DNA from: Paraglomus brasilianum
Taxonomy: Eukaryota
NCBI GenBank assembly: GCA_910592345.1
Contig: CAJVPI010000072.1
Span: 1 to 60,919, forward strand
Direction of reading: 5' to 3'
DNA: 60,919 nt
This document shows, piece by piece, positions 13,701-24,599 of this stretch. Numbering within the stretch: position 1 is the stretch's first letter; each line of letters opens with the position of its first letter. The notes below the pieces were generated by a model. That model saw only the letters and a program-made list of their open reading frames with translations. It was not told the DNA's origin and did not search any database. The position numbers and the translations under genes were made by a program.

Positions 13701-15350
13701 TTTTATTTTCTAGAGGACTTACAATGTCGCAGAATATTTTTACATTTGGATCGGGAGCGTAATCGTGTGATCAGTTGTACTCGGAACATGGAGCAGCATG
13801 GAATATTTCCAAGAGACGATTAGTTTTTTATGTATATGTTCTACTAGTCGCGTGTCGAATGGCTTGCTTTACGAGACTCGCGTTGTTTGATTACAGAGGT
13901 GGAGCTGTATCAAAAGGGTAGCAACTGAAGAATATCGTTGAAGTTACACTTGATATCGTACGAAGGTTATAATGAACATCTTGTACCGTGACTCTGAGAT
14001 ACCAATTCGCTGTTGCGCTGATAGGAGTTTTATAAATATACTTTAATAAAACGTTCATATAAACACTGATTCATAAGCGATACATACAATAGGTAAAATA
14101 CAGTATGTATAGACATGGCAGACGGTGTCCCACTGTCTCATTTCCAAGATCACAAGCTTCTCCCTTGTTGAAGTATGGCTTACGCAGACTCGTTTCTGAC
14201 AAAGCAAGAGGATATCGAAATCCGTTTGGCAATTATTTCGACGACGTTGCCGGATCTGAATAGAGCAATAAGTTTTGGAATGTGTCATAAAACACGCTTA
14301 TTTTGAACATGTTTGGGATTTTAGGCCCCATAGTATAATAGCAAGCAAACAATCCAGGTTTTTCCAAATAACTTGGTGGAGAAATGTGCGTGGCGTATTC
14401 GTTCTGACGAAGCAAGAGGACGTGAGATTTGGTGAGTGATTGATAAGTCATAAAATACGCTTACTTTTGATTATAGGTACCCCATTTTATAATGACATGA
14501 GGGAGGGCAGGCGTTTGAAATACCCATGTTACATATGTGCAATTGTTACAAATGTATATAGTATTAATATTAAGCGATGCCGATCCTCCAATACTCGAAC
14601 TCGAGCAATCGTGTTAATCCAAGATATAGATTCATGGTTTGACCGTAGGACAACCTTCAGAATCTTCTATTTGGAGAAAGCAATCCCCATTATGCAATAT
14701 GACATTGACTGACTCGTGCAACTTACAGCCTTGTAATTTTGCATACTAATAGCTGTGATTCGAAGGTTTTTGAAGAATTATATATGTTGGGTATTAGCAG
14801 CTTCTACTTCAGGTGATTGACAACTCCTTTATTATTATCAAACTACAGAATCTTTGGGATGACATACTCATTCCCATTACTATTACACAGATTCAAGCTT
14901 GCCAATATGTATGGGGCTGTGGCAAAACTTTTTATGAATGAGAGCAATGAGGTGTGAAATATGCTAAGAGAGCATCATCCTGCTCTTAAGATCTTTATCT
15001 AATAAGTCTGCAAGACATGGGAGGTTGAGACACAGAATAACTGGTCACCTCACAATATGAACTATTAGCAGCACATATTAGCAGTGATCAGACAATGGTT
15101 TTGTCTAAACATTCCATCAGCTGAATGGAATACACAAACACATTGATCAATGCAGAAGCCAATGATGAACATGTACATGGCACAACTTAAGCCCTGACAG
15201 TAAAAAAAGTTATGTGGATGATGCATGGCAGTCATTGTGCAATTTTAAATCAAGTTGATTATTTAATAACTCAAAAGAAATAACCTAATTCAAAACCTCA
15301 CTGTACCATTCTAGTATAATACCCCCTTGATTAGTACTTATTATTATATA

Positions 15351-16160
15351 CACTCCAGAAAAAAGTTTGTCCCAAAAATTATTTTGCAATTTTTTCTCAA
15401 GAATGTTTGTCATTAGCATTATATTTAAACCCAAAATTGTCATTAAATTTATAGATAAATTTATCTCTCTTCCCTTTTTTTCTTTTGTCTTGAATCACTT
15501 ACTTTTGGTCATTGACTGATCAAAGACATCTCTCTACAACTTATACTCCAAAAACTTCAACCATAAGCATGCAATAATTCCACTACTGTCATTTTTATTT
15601 TTTACTACTTTAATATCTTGTTGGCCAACATTGTTGGCAATACATTTTTCTACCCTTTGAGGCATACTATCAACCAGCTTCAGATATTTTTCATGTGGGC
15701 CATTTCTTGTTTTAAAAAAATTTCCAATTCTCCTAAATTTTTTGGATGTTGTTATATGGCAAATCACTTAATATATAAATGTATTACACTAACATGTAAT
15801 AGTAAATATCTGACATGATGTATGTAAATCAGATACAGTGTGTTGCAAAATTATCTGGAATCAAAAAATTAAATAATAAATTAGTAATTAATTCTTTCTC
15901 CATTTTTCTCATTTACATTCTGACAATGTCTAGACTTTGAGTTTCACAAACCCTCAAATTTCGTGGCATTCTCTTCTCTACATTTTTTTTTTACAATTTC
16001 CCACACGTTTTCAATGGGATTTAAGCCCGGACCGTTGGAACATGTTCATGCAGGTAGACTTTGGTAATCTAGCAAATATGCTTGAGATCATTGTCTCTTT
16101 GGTTTTTTGATATTGTCATTGATGGTTGGTGTTGTGGGATACCAGCATTGCACATACATG
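15351..16160 (-). mobile_element. Tc1/mariner element remnant: one TIR and the transposase C-terminal half
   Basis: A Tc1-type terminus TA|CACTCCAGAAAAAAGTTTGTCCCA lies at 15349-15374. Minus-strand motifs are QRDNDLKH (QDNDPKH), GLNPIENVWEIVK (SPDLNPIENxW) and LVDSMPQRVEKCIANN (LVxSMPxRxxxVIxxxG). Confidence 0.85.
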
Positions 16161-16702
16161 CATGCACTTATCTCAAAAATTGTTGTAATAATTGCACTGC
16201 TAAATACGTTGACTTTTAGAACAAGTTTCGTTTTGTATTTATAGGCGTAGTAAATTGCGTACATAACGCGCTAGACGTGTTTATGTTAGGTGTAAAAAAT
16301 TCCGAATGATTTTGTAACGCTGTATATAAACAACCAAAGTTCGAGTAGTTTCTGCACCTTTTCCTCTATAGGATTTGATTTGGTCGAAGGAAATAATGGA
16401 ATAACTCTTACAGTGGAATAATACCTATAGGATCGAATAAATACGATAAAAAAACAACCAATAAACTTACGATTGGAAATATTCAACTGGCGTTAACTAT
16501 GATATATGATCTCTAATGTCTTCTCTAATAGTAGATATTCCATACAACTTCCCCCCGGCATATTTACCGTAGAGCACTGAATATACACTAACCTACAATA
16601 TTTTTTGTCATGTGGATCAAATGATCATTCCACACAAGATAAATACGCTACATACATAGAGTAAAATTTTCTGTTCTCCTGCTACTTTTCGATTATTTAA
16701 AG

Positions 16703-17205
16703 AATGAAAGGAACTTACAAGTGAACAGTGTGAGCGTATAATCGGCGCACACCTTAGCGGAGTGAAACAAAACATTATTTCCGCTCAACTAAACATCGCC
16801 CCTAGCACAGTGAATGATACAATTAGACGATATAAGAAAACACATCAATGAAACGTCCCGGGCGCCCAAAAGCGCTTACTGAACGAGATAGACGGGTTCC
16901 AAAACGCATAGTCCACTACAAAATCAAAATTTCCCGTTCAAACGCAATGTCTAATATCCCAACGGACAAGCCGAGCAATCCTAAACCAGTCAAATATCGC
17001 AAGCCGAAAAATTCGTTTATACGCTATAGCCAAACATCCAAACGCAATGAAATTTCAGTCATTATTTGCATAGTGGGGAGGAGTAATGGACTCTTAGGCC
17101 CTCTGGACAGAGCATCTGTGGGACGAGCTTGAACGACGTATCAGACAACAGGATCCACCACCAACATCTGAGGGAAAAACTGGCTGAAATTCTTCAAGAA
17201 AATCT
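16703..17205 (+). mobile_element. Internally deleted Tc1/IS630-like transposase remnant
   Basis: N-terminal HTH KELTSEQCERIIGAHLSGVKQNIISAQLNIAPSTVNDTIRRYKKT, then KRPGRPKALTERDRR. The C-terminal EHLWDELERRIRQQDPPPTS is at ~17110-17170. The DDE core is absent. Confidence 0.85.
16947..17075 (+). pseudogene. HMG-box (MATA_HMG-like) fragment embedded in the Tc1 remnant
   Basis: MSNIPTDKPSNPKPVKYRKPKNSFIRY, with AKHPNA in a shifted frame and then NEISVII. This follows the HMG-box pattern KxPRPxNxFIxY...HP...NxEISxII. Confidence 0.6.
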
Positions 17206-18119
17206 CAAACACCATATTTCAAAATCTAACCTAACAATGAAATAGTTTTTATACGTCAACGGGAAAAAGTATCGATTCAGCTTGACCATCATCTCTTTTC
17301 TCCGAAATGTCATTGTCCATACTCCCCTCGCCGCCTCCTAATAATCTCGTAATGTGCGGCTGCACACAAAAATTTGTAATTCTAATGGTAGAATTGAGAG
17401 ACCGAGTTACACACACGTCCCATCATCTGCTCCGCCCAACAAAGTTTTTTGCATTCGATAGCACTGTAAATTTACTATGTGGATTGATTTTTTAAATGTT
17501 AGTTTTTTGGGTAACACGAAATTTAATTATAATTGTAAAATTTTATGGTATTAATATTAATTTCACGGCAATTAAAAATTCATATCTCCACATACTGTAT
17601 ATCCAAGATATTCTAGCAGACTTTTTCTAAAAAACATAACAATTGAAGTAATTGACACGCGTCGATACGTCACTCAGTTCGTATCAAGTCTCCACGTTCA
17701 TTCTTATCACCTAAGTATATCATCATATTGTTCAGGCATGAAAAAATTTGGATCTGATTCAGAACTTATCGCAACAATAAATTTTGTCACTTCATAACTA
17801 ACAGAACACGTGACCCTTAGAACATGAACCGAATAAAGGAGACACCTTCAAGGTTTATTTCCAGTTTACTTGCACAAGCTGCATAGCAATAAGTCCCATC
17901 AACGTCCATTTCAAGAGCAAAATCCAAGCACCACGAACTATTACCGCTTGACCCGATCTGGGTCAAATATCACGATAGTTGAAATTCCACCATCTGCTAT
18001 TTTTATAACGTGTACGAGGATATTTGACATTCCCATAGCGGGGCCGGTGAGATACAGATATAGGGTTGTTAGATTAGTCACATTTGTGATTCTTATTTTA
18101 CTGTGGTTTTCTGTTACCC

Positions 18120-21100
18120 CGGTTCTATAGAGTTCTGACGTCCAAGGGCTCAATTCTGGTGAATGGAACGTCTTCCATTTCAAACATCCACATTATGAAG
18201 CCAAATGCATAAATATCTGCTTTCTGAAGAGCAATATTGAAGAATTGTGTTTGAGTAATGCAGATATAGGCGTGACACTACACATATAACAAATACCTGC
18301 GTGTATGGTTTACCGTCAAGAACCTCTGGTGCAACATACGACATCGCTCCAATTACTTCTTTACGCTTCTTGGCTTCATCTTCGTGAATTGAAAATCCAA
18401 AAGTCCATGAGATCTGCGTTATTTTCTCTGCTCTCAATAAGGACATTCCCTCCATGGATATTCCGGTGGATCATTCTGGTCTCATGGAACACTTCCAAGA
18501 TTCTGGCTAGCTTTAAAAATATCTGTAACTTGCGACTCCACGAGACGTCAGGATTATTGCACAAGAAGATAGTCAAATCCCCAAGATCGGCATAATCCAT
18601 AACCAGGATACGTTTGCCTGTAGCCTTCATGCGTAATACACCCACGATCACATCTTTTTGTACCATCGAACTCTGAAGTTTCGAAACCACCGACGCGCCT
18701 ACGCTCAGCTGTCATAAGAGAAAGAACAAGAGATTGAGAATTTTTCAAATAATAATGAGAACCTGCATTTTAAGGCATACTTCTTGCAAAAAACGGTCTT
18801 CACTGCCATTTCTATAAAAAAGAATTTTGATTGTAACCTTTCGAGGCTCTCTTCGCACAACACATCTACCGTCATCCCCAAAATCTACTCCCACATATTT
18901 CCCATCTATCCAATCCGTAGCATAGATCTTCCCTTTCCAATCTTAATATTAACTAAATTTTCGAGACGATCGGGTTGAATCCATCGAAGACAAAGTTGTG
19001 CTCGTTCGCCTTCTCTTGTGTATTCTGTATAACTGCATCGTAAGGCGTTACCAGCCGTCCAACCTTCCCTTTCGATCACATTCATCGCACCAAAAGTCTT
19101 TGTTCGGAAAAATATTCCCGCAGGTGCAAAAGTTAAGCCATATTATAGTGCTAACAATTTGTCTTTATTGCTATTTCGAAATAAAAATTCGTGGTATGTC
19201 TAACCATTCCCCTGGGCAAAGTCTCTAAAGAAGATTCTAGGTACTAAATGCGCAGTTTTCATCACTGGGTATGATGCGAAGGACATGGCCGATGATGTAA
19301 GAGCCTTAGAGGCCGAAGAGTGGCCTGTAGAACAAAAGCCATGTGATACCAATGCATATACGCCAATGGCCTCAATACACGATATTCCAAAGTGTCAGTT
19401 CTCTGTTGTAGCTGAAGCCGCTTTTGTAAAGTAACGATGCTCCTTCCTGCAGCTATATTTCGCCTAACATAAAGAAAAGATACAGAAGCAAAAAAAAAAA
19501 AACCAACTTATTATCAAGCATAGCGTCCATCAAGGTCATAATATCGTCGAGATTTAACCAATTACCTCACATTTAAAAATTGATCGCTCACAGGGGAAAA
19601 GCCACAGTCGTCACAAGCACTTCCTGACACTATTCCCAACTTATTGGTCTCTTTCTGTCTTGTAATTCCAAGATAGTATGGTATCTTTCCCAAACCTTCA
19701 ACTAAAAAAAAGGACATATTTTAATTCATCGGTATGGAGCCTAAATTTTCGCCGTATCTCAGTACTCTCTCTTACCTCCTCAATGCAATCAGTTTCATCT
19801 TCGACGATTTTAACCGTTACTTTCTGTGGTTTCCACCGACGAACGATTCGTTGATCTTCATTGAATTCCCAGGAGTCATATTCCCAGTCTAACCGTTCCC
19901 TAGTATATAGAGTACCAAATGCATTTCCACTAAATCTGCAGGACGATCCATTTTAAACATGTCTTCATTGCCGCTAGTCCAACTGAACATTAACCGTTTT
20001 GGATCTCATTCTTGGCACCACACCTCTTTAGCATCGCCAGACCCGGAACCGAAGAAAATGCGACCACAACCAAAACACGCGCTGGAAGCTACTAGTGCAT
20101 ACTCTCTACTGGAATCCGATCTGGAAACTCCAGTTTGGTTGCCAGTTTGGTATTGACTTTTGAAGACCCCATTTGCTCGCTTCGGTTGCCTCTGTAACGC
20201 ATTCCTTCAGCTAATTGAAAGAAAGGTTATTTATTATACGAGTCAAACTATAATCCACAGCACCAGATATCAAATCAAGTACCTCTTTCAAAAAGTTTCT
20301 GTCATCGTTTTCGGACAAGTTTGACGATTACACGGCAGGTGACCCAATTGTGAATGATATATTCGCTGTCCGCGTCATCAGTTGCGAAAATACTGCCGAT
20401 GGATCCTTTTGAGTCTCTACTATGCGTGACCCGGCTGGCTATGTTTCTTATGTGAAGACCAACGTTGGGAAATGGGCGTATAAATTCAACAGATTTCAAC
20501 CATGTTTTGAAGCCGCCGATTCCAGGGAACCCCATCGGAGACAATGATATCCGTGCCAGTCTTTATTATATCCAATTTCTCTTGTGACTCGCATATGACT
20601 ATATCATTTCTGAATTTCCGTTTGTCCATCATCGGTCACTTGCTTCCAGTCACAGTCGTTGCACCAAGCATTGTCATCTGGGTAGGAGACATCTACAAGC
20701 ATGATGAGCGCGATGACTCACGAGCGCCAACTCTCCTGTCAAATCGAGTCTTGATAAACCAAAAACTCTTGCCGTTGTATCTTCCACTTCTAAGAGCTCT
20801 TTAGTCTCGGGATCCTGTTTCATCCACTTTTTTTGAAGCGTCAACTCTTCCAGGAAAACACTCGCTGAAGTTTGCGAAAAATTTCCGCACCATTCAGAAG
20901 TAACGTAAGTAAAGGGGAAAAGAGGAAAGAAGAAAGAATTGCAGCTATATACATACTTGCAACAATCATCTTGATTGCTTACAGCAGGGATACTTTCATA
21001 GATTCCTGTGACTAATAACTTTTTGCTCGTCACCAAACCCCGAACACCCATTCAGCCGTATAAAGATCTCTACAAAGTTTTCAAGACGTGTAGATTCCAT

Positions 21101-22190
21101 TTGTAGTCCAATTTATTGCGTTCACATTCATCACACCATTCTGCCGCTTCCAGGAGATCCTGACCACATATAGCACAAAGATTGGTTGCCACCAATGCCA
21201 ATGCTCCAGTAGACTCGATTCGTGTCATACCAATTATAGTAATAGGCAATCGCAACGGATTCTCAAATTCAGCACAGCCTTCAGCTATAACAATCGAAAT
21301 GTGGATCCGGTTAACAACTAATTTAGACAATTTTATACGATAGTTGATCAAAATAAATTTACCTGATGCAGAAAAGATGAAGTATTAAGACTTTGGTAGT
21401 TTCCCAATATTTGCATCTTCGCCTTCAAAATCTCATCCGCTGTACTCTCCCTTTGTCCAATATGCTACGTAGATGGTCCCAAACTCACCCTTAGTCAACT
21501 CGTTAAGATTTTGTAGTTGACGAGAGGGGATGGTTGCATCATATTCGGCATTTCCTGTAGTCCATCCTTCCATCAATTGTTAATGTTGCACTTGTCGCAC
21601 CATGGACGAGATTTCCAGTAGACTCTTGACAACACCCAAAAGTCGAAAGCGTTTTTTGGGGGTCATTATCACCCTTGTAAATAAAATTTCAAGTCTGTAT
21701 CGCCTGTCCGTAACTAGAAAACAAATGCGAGGCGGGAAATTGGACGTTAATATTGACACGACGCGCGGAGACAGCACGGATCATCAATGCCATAAAGTGA
21801 TTTTTCACAAACATAATAAAATTCCTTACAAATGCGAAAATTCTTCCCCTACACTACTTCCTGAATACATAACCTTGGATGGCCAGTTTGACTGTGTGCG
21901 TTTCAAGCCAGATGGAAAACGAGTGATTTGTTGGAAGCCTCTAAGAATTGAAGTTAACCAGTCGCACTCCCTTTGCAATCTCAACGAAATTTTTAGCAAT
22001 CCCATTGAATCCACCGGAGATAATGCTTGTCCCATATTGATTGCGTTTTAATATCTTGTCACATTCCGCACTCCCGGTCGTTCTCCACGAATTGTCTATA
22101 ATCACAATAGTTTTGCTGCAAAAATGGTCTGCGCTACTCATTTTTGAAGGGAGACTACCAACGCGTCTCAAACTCTGTTACACAAGCCTC
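18120..22190 (-). pseudogene. Multi-module TKL-family protein kinase: ~7 tandem Cys-knuckle + N-lobe-only modules, then one complete kinase domain
   Basis: The terminal domain has ILVMDYADLGDL, WSRKLQIFLKLARIL, IHRNIHGGNVLI, DF, GAMSYVAPEVLDGKPYTQ|KADIYAFGFIMW. WCxxC motifs recur at ~21602, 21138, 20666, 20020 (second Cys now TGA) and 19092. Each module ends in a G(I/L/M)(S/T)...(L/Y)ALV-like strand. Same-position introns lie at 21714-21829, 21285-21362, 20211-20282, 19702-19775 and 18709-18780. Many stops and frameshifts. Confidence 0.8.
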
Positions 22191-22339
22191 AGTCGGAGAG
22201 GATATTCTTCAACCGAATGACTATTCAACCACCACTAACTGGATAGCGATGTCAGCAGCTGAACAATCGCTGATATATAGTGATTAACGCCACGAGTCGA
22301 TCATTTGTGAAACAAGATTCTCAGCTATGACGTCAGGAA

Positions 22340-22560
22340 TATAGTAATGAGCACTTGTAGTAATAACTCAATCCCAATACCTTTTCTCCTATTTAACCTA
22401 CTTCTGGTGTTCCCGGATGGCCTTTGCCAGAAAAACAACCCCATATCAACAAACCTCCACCCTGCCGATTCCACACACAGTCCATCTGAACACTTGAACC
22501 TTGTAATTCCTGCGTGCAGCATATGAGACCCGATCTTCAGTGAAACAGGTTCGTTCTGCT
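22340..22560 (-). mobile_element. Tc1/mariner transposase central fragment
   Basis: The minus strand reads FTED..., RFKCSDG and GGGLLIWGCFSGKG, matching the Tc1 motifs FSDESxF..SDG and GGGSVMVWGCFS. Confidence 0.75.
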
Positions 22561-23090
22561 ATTGGCAGGGATGAAATTTATGGACATAGAGCTTATACAT
22601 CAGAGAACCATCATCGTTTACAGATATTTGGGTTTCGATAATTCTCGTGCCTTGACGCATTATCTTCAATCCATTTTAATGCTCCACAGATCAAACTTAA
22701 TGATTTGCCCTGTGTCATTTGAGGCAGAAATTGCACCATGAGAATGTTTATTAAGTTTGCCATATATACTAATACGTCAATAATCAAAAACAAAAATTGA
22801 TCAAGATTCGTTGCTTTTTTTTCATTAAGCGACTTAATTTCTTGATCAAGAGTGTATAAGCATTGGCTTGCTGGAAATTTAAAGAAGAATAATTAGAAAG
22901 AGCCTTCTTCACTAAGGTACTTTTCATTGACCACCTACCTTTTTTCATTCCTTTTTTACTTAAATATGTCTCTAATTTTCCGCTGCGTTTTCATTAATTA
23001 TCACACATGTTATTCCAGCGTACTTTTTGCGATTTTGCCCCCTTGAGCGCGTATTTGGACTTTGGGGTTCGTCGCGTCTGTTTTATTCGT

Positions 23091-23191
23091 GTGGAGGCGT
23101 TAATACACCATTTTAAGTTGTATTCGGAAGGGTTTCTGTGCCACCTGGTGAAACTTACACTGCGATCGAGGCTCCGAAAGGAGAATTTGGT
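23091..23191 (+). pseudogene. NDUFS2: Isolated ~100-bp fragment of the complex I 49-kDa subunit gene (NDUFS2/Nad7 family) with a 1-nt deletion
   Basis: VEALIHHFKLYSEGF, then after a frameshift near 23135, SVPPGETYTAIEAPKGEFG. This is a highly conserved NDUFS2/NuoD segment. Confidence 0.85.
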
Positions 23192-24599
23192 ACATCCCCC
23201 GAATACAGTATTTTTCTGATATAGCTCGATCGTCTTACATCGCTTCATGTTCACGGCGATATTCTGATGAGTCGCCTTGACTGACGACGGAAAACTGGAC
23301 AACCTCCCTATCCGACATGGAGCCAAGCTGCGGGATATAAGACATTTGGAACAATTTTTTTATAGACATTGTTATATATGCGGATGGTATTGATTATGAT
23401 TATTAGTTTAAAAGGGTTTTATTCAGTGTCTACGATTAACTTGGGTAATCTTAAACCAGACGGATATAATATACAGTTTAAGAGAAAAGGGCGATTGATC
23501 ATGGAAATATCAACCGCGAGGACTCAGGCGACTGCGGACTTTCGGTAGAATTAGCAATATGCGTGCGGAACTGTTCCGCCGGATGCTCGAATGCATGTAG
23601 AGATGAAATATGAGGGAGATATGAGAATGACTGCGGCAACAGAGCCGAGGATGAAACTATCCGAGTTTAATGTTTATGAGTTTACCCGTGAAATTGAATT
23701 CAGCTTTCATGGTAAATCTGCTATTGTTAATTCAGGATCAGGAAGAAGGAAGAAACTCGGAACACGAGAATTGCAAATTGAATTAAAGCTAGCATATCGC
23801 GACGAATAAACTTTTGTTTCCTTGAACTTAAGACTCCAAACGAAAAGTCACCGCTATTTAACAACAATTGCGCATTATCATTATTCGATTGATCTGAATG
23901 TGGTTTTGTTTATGAATCAGAAGTCGGCAATAAAGAAAAGCAAGGTTATTATTATACGGATAATTTGCATCTTTCTCAATACACAATATTAAGACACTTT
24001 TCTCAACCATAAAGAATTTTCGCTGCAGATTTAGTTTAGTGAGTGGATTGTGTGAATTAAAAAAACTCCATAAAAAACCTGGCAAATTTGATCGACGAGG
24101 AATTCGTATTCCCAAGTTATTTTTCCAGAGTTTGACTAAGACAAAACGGTTACTATCAATTTTTTTTTATATCAACCCATACAAGAGCATAAAACTCAAG
24201 CGATATTGTTGCGCGTATATGTAATGTTCCATGATGAAGCAATTGCTTGTATTGTTCTATTTTCGTAAAGAGATATAAAATGAAACTATTCCTAAATAGA
24301 TTTTGTTTTCGTTTTTATAGGATCTTTATTGGCAACTACAGAAACTGCTAAAGCTGCTTTTAGACAGCTAGTACATATACATGAATCAATAAAGAACTTT
24401 GGCCTAATAGATTTCGTTTTCATATTGTCTAGATCCGCGATCTAAAGCTTTAGCTTGGCCGGAACAATACGCTTGTCTCTTTCACCATCAAACCAAACAG
24501 CGACAATGTTTTTTAGCTTTTCCGATTCCAAGTCCTTCACTGTTCTTATCGTTTATGAACGCTTTTCCATACTTGTGTTCACTCTTGTCCTTGCGAACT

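Noticed and set aside
14905..14940. P-loop-like GCGKT suggesting a Crinkler-type NTPase
   Set aside because: A five-residue match in stop-rich, CpG-decayed sequence with no Walker B support.
21602..22051. 149-aa plus-strand ORF
   Set aside because: It is the antisense shadow of the first kinase module on the minus strand.
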